32,527 nt of DNA from Sphingomonas bacterium. GTDB taxonomy: Bacteria; Pseudomonadota; Alphaproteobacteria; Sphingomonadales; Sphingomonadaceae. A program made the translations under genes and the position numbers. Under the pieces are notes generated by a model. The model had not been told where the DNA came from. It saw only the letters and a program-made list of their open reading frames with translations, and ran no database searches. This document shows, piece after piece, positions 7,735 through 15,508 of the stretch; within the stretch, counting starts at the first letter, position 1; each line of letters starts with the position of its first letter. The stretch spans positions 1 to 32,527 of the forward strand of contig JAQGKS010000033.1 of NCBI GenBank assembly GCA_028289965.1, written 5' to 3'.

Positions 7735-10700
7735 ATGACCGGAACGAGGGTGCGCGCGCAGGCGCGGAACAAGCAGGCCCACCGCGTGAGCGCCTTGGCG
7801 CTGACCAGCGCCTTGCTGTGGAGCGGCGCGGCATCCGCCCAGGACGCGATCCCGGCCGACGTCGCCACCACCCCGGCGCAGGCGAGCGTTCCGGCGGAGA
7901 CCTCCGCCGCCGCCTCGGCCGACATCATCGTCACCGGATCGCGGCTGTCGCGCTCGACGTTCAACTCGCCCTCGCCGGTCACCGTGCTCGGCGGCGAGGA
8001 ATTCGAGCGGCTAGCGATCACCAATGTCGGCGAAGGCATCAGCGAACTGCCCTCGTTCCGGGCGAGCACCAGCCCGACGACGCAGGGCTTCAACAGCTTC
8101 AATGTCGGCGCGCAGATCGTCAACCTGCGCGGCATCGGCGTCACCCGCAACCTGATCCTCGTCGATGGACGCCGCTTCGCGCCGACCACGCGTGAGGGAT
8201 CGGTCGATCTCAACTTCATCCCCTCGATCCTCGTCGCCCGTACCGAGGTCGTCACCGGCGGCGCATCGGCCGCCTACGGCTCGGATGCGATCGCCGGCGC
8301 GGTCAACATCATCCTCGACAAGCGGCTGGACGGCTTCAAGGGCCAGGCCGACATCGGCATTTCGGATGAGGGCGACGGGCGCAACTATCACGGCGCGCTC
8401 GCCTTCGGCACGGCGTTCGGCGGCGGCGCCGGGCACTTCGTGATCGGCGGCGAATATGACAAGCAGCTGGGTATCGGCAATTGCTTCACCCGCGACTGGT
8501 GCACCGCCGCGGCGGTGGTCACCAACCCGAATTACAATAACCCCGCCGGCGTCGGCAACGGCCTGCCCAACTATGTCCGCGACGACAATAATGCCGGTTT
8601 CTTCTTCAATCCGGCCGGCGTGATCTCGAACGTCAACAATCCCGCCGCGGTCGGGCTGGCGGCGCAGATCCGCAATTTGCGCGGCACGGGCGCGATCACC
8701 TTCGATGCCGCCGGCAACGTCGTCGCCCGCCGCACCGGCAGCCTCGGCTTCGCCACCCAGCAGATCGGCGGCGATGTCTATCCGACCTATTCGTCCGCCA
8801 ACATCACCGTCCCGGTCGAACGCTATACCGGCTTCGCCCATGCCGATTATGAATTCAGCGATGCGCTCAGCGGCTTCGTCGAGGCCTCGTACGGCCATGT
8901 CGACGGCACCGTGCTGCAGACCGGCTATTTCGGCTCGGCGGTGGCGATCTATACCGACAACGTCTTCCTGCCGCAGGAAATCCGCAACGTCATCGGCCCG
9001 GTCGCGACGCGGCCGGTGGCGCAGCGCGCGCTCGCCTTCAACCTCGGCCGCTCGCTCGACGATCTCGGCCGCGGCCTGAGCCGGTCCAAGGCGGACAATT
9101 ACCGCGCGACCGCCGGGCTCAACGGCAAGTTCAGCGATGCCTGGAGCTGGGACGCTTATTACCAGTATGGCCGCACCGATCGCCTGCAGACGGTGCAGAA
9201 CAACCTGATCATCGCCAAGTTCACCAACGCCACCGATGCGGTCGCCAATCCCGCGACCGGCCAGCCGATCTGCCGTGCCCTGCTTAGCCCCGACGCCGCC
9301 GTGCGCGCCGCCGCCGCGGGCTGCCAGCCGCTCAACCTGTTCGGCCCGAACCGCGCCAGCCAGGCGGCGCTCGGCTACATGTACGGCACGCTGGTGGAAA
9401 AGATCCGGCTCCAGCAACATGTCGTCGCCGGCAACGTCCGCGGCGAACTGGGCGGCGACCTGCTGGCCGGGCCGCTCGCGGTCGCGCTCGGCGGCGAATA
9501 TCGCGTCGACACGATTGACGTCGCCCATGACGCTCTGTCGAACAGCTTCGCCTATTTCCAGAATTTCGGCGCCGATTATGACGGCAAGTCGAAGGTCGTC
9601 GAGGGCTATGTCGAGGCCGAACTGCCGCTGATCAGGGATGCGTCCTTCACCAAGGCGCTGTCGCTCAACGGCGCGGTCCGCCAGGTCCATTACGACATTA
9701 GCGGCTTCGGCAGCTATCTGCGCACCGCGACGAGCAACAAGTTCGACGTCACCGCCTGGAAGGTCAGTGCGAACTGGGAGCTGAACGACTGGATCCGCTT
9801 CCGCGCCAGCCGCTCGCGCGATCTGCGCGCGCCCAATTTCGCCGAATTGTACCTCGCCTCGGCCGGCGCCTTCACGCCCTACCTCAACCGCTTCGCCAAC
9901 AACGCCTCGATCACGCCGAGCACCCTGAGCGGGGGCTCGCCCGATCTGGCGCCGGAAAAAGCGGACACCAAGAGCCTGGGGGTGATCTTCACGCCGCAGT
10001 CATTGCTCAAGGGCTTCCGCCTGTCGGTCGATTATTACGACATCAAGGTGAACGGCTATATCGCCAGCCCCGGCGGCGGCCAGATCATCATCGATCGCTG
10101 TTTCGCCGGCATCGCCGAAGCCTGCACGCTGATCAACGGCGGCGGCGGCCCCGGCGCCGGCGGCGCGATCACCTCGATCCGCAACACCTCCACTAACCTC
10201 GATCAGATCCGCGCCAAGGGCCTGGATTTCGAGGCGGATTACCGGATCGGCCTGGCGAGCGGCAACAGCATCCTGCTGCGCGGCCTCGCCAGCTATGTCG
10301 ATTCGCTCGAGACGTCGCTGTTCGGCCGGTCGATCGACCGCGCCGGCCAGACCGGCAATACCGGCGGCGCCGGCGGGGCACTCAGCGCGGCGCCCAAGTG
10401 GACCGTCAGCGGGACCGTCACCTATTCGAGCCCGGTCTTCACGGTGACCGCGCAGGGCCGCTACATCGACAGCGGCCTCTACGATGCGGAGCGGATCGGG
10501 CCCGACCAGGCGGGCTATGCGCCGACCCTGCTCAACAGCATCAACGACAACCGCGTCGAAAGCCGCTTCTACGTGAACCTCAACGCGAGCATCAACGTGC
10601 TGGCCGATACCGATCGCAAGTTCGAGATCTTCGGATCGGTCAACAACCTGTTCGACAAGGCGCCCCCGGCCGCACCGGAGACGCAATTCTACACCAACCC

Positions 10701-10758
10701 GGTCTATTTCGACACGATCGGCCGCTACTACCGCGTCGGCGCCCGCTTCAAGATGTAG
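7735..10758 (+). CDS. TonB-dependent outer-membrane receptor
   Basis: The ATG at 7735 is preceded by AAAGGGAGAG. The signal peptide is ...ALTSALLWSGAASAQD, followed by a TonB-box/plug region (DIIVTGSRLSRSTFNSPSPVTVLGGEEF, NLRGIGVTRNLILVDGRR). A long beta-barrel follows, with a C-terminal YYRVGARFKM. Confidence 0.9.
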   Translation: MTGTRVRAQARNKQAHRVSALALTSALLWSGAASAQDAIPADVATTPAQASVPAETSAAASADIIVTGSRLSRSTFNSPSPVTVLGGEEFERLAITNVGEGISELPSFRASTSPTTQGFNSFNVGAQIVNLRGIGVTRNLILVDGRRFAPTTREGSVDLNFIPSILVARTEVVTGGASAAYGSDAIAGAVNIILDKRLDGFKGQADIGISDEGDGRNYHGALAFGTAFGGGAGHFVIGGEYDKQLGIGNCFTRDWCTAAAVVTNPNYNNPAGVGNGLPNYVRDDNNAGFFFNPAGVISNVNNPAAVGLAAQIRNLRGTGAITFDAAGNVVARRTGSLGFATQQIGGDVYPTYSSANITVPVERYTGFAHADYEFSDALSGFVEASYGHVDGTVLQTGYFGSAVAIYTDNVFLPQEIRNVIGPVATRPVAQRALAFNLGRSLDDLGRGLSRSKADNYRATAGLNGKFSDAWSWDAYYQYGRTDRLQTVQNNLIIAKFTNATDAVANPATGQPICRALLSPDAAVRAAAAGCQPLNLFGPNRASQAALGYMYGTLVEKIRLQQHVVAGNVRGELGGDLLAGPLAVALGGEYRVDTIDVAHDALSNSFAYFQNFGADYDGKSKVVEGYVEAELPLIRDASFTKALSLNGAVRQVHYDISGFGSYLRTATSNKFDVTAWKVSANWELNDWIRFRASRSRDLRAPNFAELYLASAGAFTPYLNRFANNASITPSTLSGGSPDLAPEKADTKSLGVIFTPQSLLKGFRLSVDYYDIKVNGYIASPGGGQIIIDRCFAGIAEACTLINGGGGPGAGGAITSIRNTSTNLDQIRAKGLDFEADYRIGLASGNSILLRGLASYVDSLETSLFGRSIDRAGQTGNTGGAGGALSAAPKWTVSGTVTYSSPVFTVTAQGRYIDSGLYDAERIGPDQAGYAPTLLNSINDNRVESRFYVNLNASINVLADTDRKFEIFGSVNNLFDKAPPAAPETQFYTNPVYFDTIGRYYRVGARFKM

Positions 10759-10765
10759 GCCCAGC

Positions 10766-10800
10766 GGGGCTGGCGGCGGCCACGCTTTGCCGCCAGCCCC
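10766..10800 (+). terminator. stem-loop terminator candidate after the receptor gene
   Basis: A perfect 12-bp stem, ggggctggcggc / gccgccagcccc, with an 11-nt loop, starts 8 nt after the TAG stop. There is no clear U-tract. Confidence 0.55.
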
Positions 10801-10846
10801 CTCGGCCCTGCTTGCAGGCCGGCCGGCCGCCTGTCATCAGCCGGCG

Positions 10847-11194
10847 ATGAACCGTTTCCTAGCCATGTTGCTGGCCGCTGCGAGCCTGGTCACGCTCTAT
10901 TTCGCGTTGTGGCCGACGCCGCCGTCGCTGCTGCAATCGGACAAGTCGCAGCACGAACTGGCCTTTGCGGTGCTGACGCTGCTCGCCAGCCTCGCCTTCC
11001 CCGCCGCGCGGCAGGTCACGCTGCTGCTGGCGCTCGGTGCGTTCGGCGCGCTGATCGAGTTGCTCCAGCTTTTTCCCGCGCTCCACCGCCAGAGCGACGT
11101 GATGGACTGGGTTGCCGACATGGCGGCGATTGCGGTGACGTTGCTGCTCGTCACCATCGTCCGCGCCGCGATCCGCCAGCGGGCGAAAGCCTGA
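10847..11194 (+). CDS. small membrane protein, VanZ-like
   Basis: ATG at 10847, 115 aa with 4 hydrophobic segments. The DKSQHELAF and DWVADMAA motifs resemble the DK.xH / D..xN pattern of VanZ-like proteins, which often flank polysaccharide loci. Confidence 0.4.
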   Translation: MNRFLAMLLAAASLVTLYFALWPTPPSLLQSDKSQHELAFAVLTLLASLAFPAARQVTLLLALGAFGALIELLQLFPALHRQSDVMDWVADMAAIAVTLLLVTIVRAAIRQRAKA

Positions 11195-11363
11195 AGTCCC
11201 GGCTTAGGCGCGTCGCCGCGCGGGCTATCTCCGCTGCGCGCATGTGCCTGACCGGATCATGCCGCGCACAACCGTCGATGCTTGTTCGCGCGAAGGCGTT
11301 GCTGCAAAGCCGCGGCGCGGACCACGGACGGCATCCGTCGTGGGCGAAGAGGCGGGAGCGCAG

Positions 11364-11969
11364 ATGACCATCGAGGCGTTACCGTCGACTTCCCGGCACG
11401 CCGCCAGCTTCACGCTTGGCAACAAGCTGTTCCGGGTCGTCTGGCAAGTCGCCTGGCTGCTGCTCGCCCGCTTCACCCCGCCCCCGCTCCATGGCTGGCG
11501 GCGGGCGGTGTTGCGGCTGTTCGGCGCGCGGATCGGGCGGGGTACGCGGATCTACGCCAGCTGCCGGATATGGCACCCGGGCAACCTCGTGGTCGGCAAC
11601 GGCGTGCTGATCGGGCCGAACGTGCGCTGCTACAATCAGGGCCGGATCACCATCGGCGACGATGCCGTGATCTCCCAGGACGCCAGCCTGTGCGCCAGCA
11701 CCCATGACGTGGCCGATCCGTTATTCCCGCTGCGGCTCCGCCCGATCGAGATCGGCGCCCATGCGTGGGTCGCGGCGGAGGCCTTTGTCGGGCCGGGCGT
11801 CAAGGTCGGCGAGGGCGCGGTGCTCGGCGCGCGCGGCGTCGCGATGCGCCACCTGGCGGCGTGGACCTACTTCACCGGCAACCCGGCGATGCCGCTCCGG
11901 CCGCGCCAACGCAAGGCGGACGCGCCCACGCCGCCCCCCCGAACGCCGGAGTCGCCCGCCGCGGAATGA
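11364..11969 (+). CDS. wcaF: hexapeptide-repeat O-acetyltransferase, WcaF-like
   Basis: ATG at 11364 with a GAAGAGGCGGGAG RBS. WRRAVLRLFGARIGRGTRI..., ITIGDDAVISQDASLCASTHD and IGAHAWVAAEAFVGPGVKVGEGAVLGARG are colinear with E. coli WcaF as I recall it. Confidence 0.7.
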   Translation: MTIEALPSTSRHAASFTLGNKLFRVVWQVAWLLLARFTPPPLHGWRRAVLRLFGARIGRGTRIYASCRIWHPGNLVVGNGVLIGPNVRCYNQGRITIGDDAVISQDASLCASTHDVADPLFPLRLRPIEIGAHAWVAAEAFVGPGVKVGEGAVLGARGVAMRHLAAWTYFTGNPAMPLRPRQRKADAPTPPPRTPESPAAE

Positions 11970-12051
11970 CCCGCATTGGTTGCTTTACTCATCCGCCTTG
12001 GCTTATTGTCGCTGGGACGGGTGCAGCCCGAACCGCGACGATGCGTGCGAA

Positions 12052-12753
12052 ATGCTCCGTGCTGGGGGAGGCGAGTTGTTGAACGAGCAGGATGCGGCGG
12101 CTCCGCAAAATCGGCCGCCGGCGAACTCGACGCGCCGGCGTCGCGGAAAAAGATCTGCTTCCCGGCGGACATGGTCGTTCGTCGATCCCACATTGGTTCG
12201 CCGCTGGATCAACGTCGTCGGCATCGCCATCGGCGTGATCTTCGTCGGCATGTCCGCCAAGGAATTCCACAACAACTTCGTCTTCTATGGCGAATACAGC
12301 ATCGACCGGAATAAGAGCGAGACGCTCTACGGCTTCAATCAGCCCCTGTTCGTGCGCGACGGCGCAGGCTCGCCGTGGCGGCCGGCAAAGGAGCGGGCCG
12401 ACGCGCTCGCGGCCGATCAGTGGCGCTATGCGACGGCGGCCGGATCGACGGTCGACATCGACTTCGATCAGGCCGGCCTGACCCAGAGCGTTTCGTGCGG
12501 CGGCCACACGGTGGTGGTCGGGGCCTGCCCGGAGGCGTTCGGGATCGCGCTCGGCATGAACGAAGAAGAAATGATCTACGTGCTCGGCGCGCCGGATCGC
12601 GAAATCTATGCGGGCGCGTCCAAGACCAGCATCTATTCGGGTCTCGGCCTCGCCCTCCGGCTCGAACAGTTCCAGATCACCCAGATCACGCTCACCCGAG
12701 CCGACCGGTTCTTGCCGGCCCTGCCGCGCTACCTGCGCTGGGCCGTGCCTTAA
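12052..12753 (+). CDS. membrane-anchored protein of unknown function
   Basis: ATG at 12052, 233 aa. It has an Arg-rich N-terminus (TRRRRGKRSASRR), one TM segment (WINVVGIAIGVIFVGM) and a domain of about 170 aa with no motif I recognise. Codon usage looks coding. The start codon is uncertain. Confidence 0.5.
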   Translation: MLRAGGGELLNEQDAAAPQNRPPANSTRRRRGKRSASRRTWSFVDPTLVRRWINVVGIAIGVIFVGMSAKEFHNNFVFYGEYSIDRNKSETLYGFNQPLFVRDGAGSPWRPAKERADALAADQWRYATAAGSTVDIDFDQAGLTQSVSCGGHTVVVGACPEAFGIALGMNEEEMIYVLGAPDREIYAGASKTSIYSGLGLALRLEQFQITQITLTRADRFLPALPRYLRWAVP

Positions 12754-13019
12754 CGGGAGCGCAGCCGCGGATGGCTGGCGAGATCGAGCATCAGCCAGAT
12801 CAGCTGCGGAATGACGTAGATCAGCACGGCATCGGAGCGGAAGGTCTCGAGATGGGCCTTCAGCAACCCGACGCAGAAGGCGATCCCGAGCAGCGACAGA
12901 AGATGGGCCAGCCCGATCAGGACAGACCCGCGCAATCGCATGCCGAGCACGATCAGCGCGATCCGCGACCCCGCCCAGGTGAAGAACATCGCTCCTGCCA
13001 ACGCCAGCAATATCGGCAC
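12750..13019 (-). CDS. small (89 aa) membrane protein of unknown function
   Basis: The GTG start at 13019 is preceded by AAGAGGAG about 10 nt upstream. The protein has 3 hydrophobic segments and G/C-rich third positions. Its stop overlaps the stop of the convergent gene within TTAA (12750-12753). Confidence 0.4.
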   Translation of the reverse strand: MPILLALAGAMFFTWAGSRIALIVLGMRLRGSVLIGLAHLLSLLGIAFCVGLLKAHLETFRSDAVLIYVIPQLIWLMLDLASHPRLRSR

Positions 13020-13298
13020 CCTACCCGCTCCTCTTGATTTCCCCGCTCTCGCGGCGCGAACGCCTTCGAGCCTTTCGGACTGCTGCCGGCGTCATTGCCG
13101 ACCAGGTACGTCGATGCAATCTCCATCTCGGTTTCGCCCGCCGCCGGGTTGTTCGCGGAGCGATCGGCAGCCCGAACCTGCCCCGCCGCTACACGTACGG
13201 GCGACTAACCTATGCGGTGCCTGCGCCAGATGCTGGCGGACCCGCTCGGCTCAAGCGCCCCGCTTGGCTCACCGCAGACGGCAAATCGTCGGATATGG

Positions 13299-13335
13299 TT
13301 GCATCTCACTCGGGAGCAATATATTGCGTTGCAAC
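13299..13335 (+). promoter_or_regulatory. AT-rich patch with a candidate sigma70-like promoter and two adjacent palindromes upstream of the wzy-wza-wzc unit
   Basis: TTGCAT (13299-13304) is followed after 15-16 nt by TATATT. A perfect 12-bp palindrome GCAATATATTGC (13316-13327) is directly followed by the 8-bp palindrome GTTGCAAC (13328-13335). By eye this is the least GC-rich stretch of the window. Confidence 0.3.
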
Positions 13336-13407
13336 ATGTGGGAGAATTTCAGCATGTCGGCCGCTTGGCTGCGATCATGTCCGCTCCCGCGGGTCACTCT
13401 CCGCTAG

Positions 13408-14757
13408 GTGAAGATCTCGGCACGCCTCGGCCTGTGCGGCGGATTGCTCGCGGCCGCTGTCATCCTCGGCGGAGGCGGCAGCCCGGCTCCGGCGTCGGAA
13501 TTGCTGCTCCAGCTGATCGCGCTGGTCGTGCTGGGAATCGCGCTGTGGCTGCCGAAGCCCGCCGTCGCGCCGCGCGCCGACTGGCCGGTGCTGATCGGAT
13601 CGCTCGCCCTGATCCTGCTGTTCGTCGCCCAGTTGGTGCCGCTTCCGCCATCCTGGTGGCAGAGCCTGCCCGGGCGCGCGATCGAGGCGCAGTCGCTGGC
13701 GCTGGTCGGCGGCGCGGAATCGTGGATGCCGCTCAGCGTCTCGCCCCAGCGCACATTGGCCTCGCTGCTGTCGCTGATCCCGCCCTTGACCCTGCTGTTC
13801 CTGGCGTGGCGGCTGACCCCGCGCGAACGCATCCCGCTGCTCGCGGTGATCGGCGCGCTCGGCGTCCTGACCAGCATCCTCGGGGTGATCCAGCTCGCCG
13901 GGGGCGATGCCAGTTGGGGCCGCTTCTACAGCTATACCCATATCGGCTATCTCACCGGCTTCCAGGCCAATCGCAACGCGACGGCCGACATATTGCTGAT
14001 CGCGATCCTCGCCCTCACCCTGTTCGCGGTGGAGTTGCGGGATCGGCGCGGCGCGACGCAGGTGCGCCTGCTCGTCGGCGTGCTCGTCCTCCTCCTCGCG
14101 CTGTCGGTGATCCTCACCGGCTCGCGCGCCGGGATCGCCTTGCTCGGCGGCCTGACGGCGATCGGGGCCGCTGCGGCGGTGCCGATGCTGTCGGCGCGCA
14201 TTTGGGCGCGCCGCATCGCGCTGCTCGCCTTGCCGCTGGTCGGGCTCGCCGGCTTCGCGCTCTACGGCAATTCGGCGCTGGACCACAGCTTCGGCCGCTT
14301 CTCGGACGCTGAGGAAGGCCGCACCGAGATTTGGAAGGATGCCCGCTTCGCGATGGTGCAGCATTGGCCGATCGGCACCGGGATCGGCACGTTCGTGCCC
14401 GTGTTCATCGCCGCGGAACGGCTGGAGGCGGTCGACCCGACCGTGCCCAACCGCGCGCACAATGATTATCTCGAATTCGCGCTCGAAGCCGCGCTTCCCG
14501 GCGTGGCCTTTCTGGCGCTTGCCACGGCGGCTTTATTTGTCCGCTGCGGCACGATCTGGCGGCGCAGGCGCGATCGCACCGCAAGAGTTCAAGCCATTAT
14601 GGCAGTTGGCATCTTGACGATCGTGGGGTTGCATTCGCTGGTGGATTATCCGATGCGTAGCATGTCGGTTGCTTGCCTGACAGCGCTCGCGATCGGTTTG
14701 CTGACGCACTTGCGCACCGCGAGCCAGCAAAGCGAGCCAAGCGAACCGCGTAGGTAA
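13408..14757 (+). CDS. O-antigen ligase / Wzy_C-domain polytopic membrane protein (ExoQ/Wzy-like)
   Basis: GTG start, 449 aa with at least 10 TM segments. A large loop carries ...LTGSRAGIALLGG... and ...PNRAHNDYLEFALEAALPG, the H-N-x-Y-L signature typical of the Wzy_C/O-antigen ligase domain. Confidence 0.75.
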   Translation: MKISARLGLCGGLLAAAVILGGGGSPAPASELLLQLIALVVLGIALWLPKPAVAPRADWPVLIGSLALILLFVAQLVPLPPSWWQSLPGRAIEAQSLALVGGAESWMPLSVSPQRTLASLLSLIPPLTLLFLAWRLTPRERIPLLAVIGALGVLTSILGVIQLAGGDASWGRFYSYTHIGYLTGFQANRNATADILLIAILALTLFAVELRDRRGATQVRLLVGVLVLLLALSVILTGSRAGIALLGGLTAIGAAAAVPMLSARIWARRIALLALPLVGLAGFALYGNSALDHSFGRFSDAEEGRTEIWKDARFAMVQHWPIGTGIGTFVPVFIAAERLEAVDPTVPNRAHNDYLEFALEAALPGVAFLALATAALFVRCGTIWRRRRDRTARVQAIMAVGILTIVGLHSLVDYPMRSMSVACLTALAIGLLTHLRTASQQSEPSEPRR

Positions 14758-14773
14758 GGTGGAGAGTTCTCCC

Positions 14774-15481
14774 ATGCGTAACTGGAGTGTTTCTACGGCC
14801 AGGCTGCACCCGCTCCTGGTCGCGCCCCTGCTTTTTCTCGGGGCCTGTTCCAACTTCAGTACCGACCTGCCGAGCGGCGTCGATGCCTATAAGATGGTTC
14901 CCGCCGCCAGCACGACCGGGCCGCGCGACGATTATCGCGTGTCCGCGCTCGACGTGCTCAGCGTCAACGTGTTCCAGGAACCCGATCTGTCGGTGAAGGA
15001 TCTTCAGGTCGATGCGGGCGGCAACATCCTGTTCCCGCTGATCGGCAACGTCGCCGCCGAGGGCAAGACGGTGCGCGAATTGTCGAACGAGATCGCGACC
15101 CGGCTCGGCGAGCGCTATCTGGTCAGCCCGCAGGTCTCGGTCTCGGTCACCTCCTCTTCGTCGCAGCGCGTCACCGTCGAGGGCAGCGTGACCGAGCCCG
15201 GCGTCTACGAGATCAGCGGTTCGACGACCCTGCTCGAGGCGCTGGCCCGCGCCAAGAGCCCGACCCGCGTCGCCAAGCTCGATCAGGTGGCGGTGTTCCG
15301 GGTGGTCGATGGCCAGCGGCTGGGTGCGGTGTTCAACGTCAACGCGATCCGCGCCGGCCGGGCACCCGATCCTGAAATTCGCGGCGGCGATCTCGTCGTC
15401 GTCGGCTTCTCGGCGGCCAAGGGCGCGTTCCGCGATTTCCTGACGACCGCCCCGATCCTGAACCTGTTCCGTCCATTCTAA
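14774..15481 (+). CDS. wza: polysaccharide export outer-membrane lipoprotein (Wza/OPX family, short GumB/ExoF-like form)
   Basis: The ATG at 14774 follows GGTGGAGAG. It has the lipobox LLFLGAC and a Poly_export motif (YRVSALDVLSVNVFQEPDLS...VDAGGNILFPLIGNVAAEGKTVRELSNEI), followed by a SLBB-like segment. Confidence 0.85.
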   Translation: MRNWSVSTARLHPLLVAPLLFLGACSNFSTDLPSGVDAYKMVPAASTTGPRDDYRVSALDVLSVNVFQEPDLSVKDLQVDAGGNILFPLIGNVAAEGKTVRELSNEIATRLGERYLVSPQVSVSVTSSSSQRVTVEGSVTEPGVYEISGSTTLLEALARAKSPTRVAKLDQVAVFRVVDGQRLGAVFNVNAIRAGRAPDPEIRGGDLVVVGFSAAKGAFRDFLTTAPILNLFRPF

Positions 15482-15508
15482 GCTGATTCGCGCAAAAGGG
15501 CTTTCGCT

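Noticed and set aside
8011-9690. A 559-aa minus-strand ORF inside the TonB-dependent receptor gene. Similar shadow ORFs occur at 126-1484(-), 17532-19229(-), 19202-20281(-), 19989-21272(-), 20902-22443(-), 13375-14460(-) and 5071-6093(-).
   Set aside because: All overlap genes with strong family-level evidence on the other strand. All have the Arg/Gly/Ala/Pro-biased composition of antisense frames in high-GC genomes.
10847-13407. A JUMPstart/ops (GGCGGTAG) antitermination element, expected upstream of enteric-type polysaccharide operons.
   Set aside because: I saw no GGCGGTAG in the non-coding regions preceding the EPS operons (11195-11363, 11970-12051, 13020-13407, 19005-19228).
13034-13411. 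A 125-aa ORF in the long non-coding region upstream of the wzy-like gene. Two overlapping ORFs, at 12940-13407 and 13212-14312, fall in the same region.
   Set aside because: These ORFs have no RBS, atypical composition and no motifs. The 366-aa call overlaps the wzy-like gene out of frame. I treat the region as regulatory.
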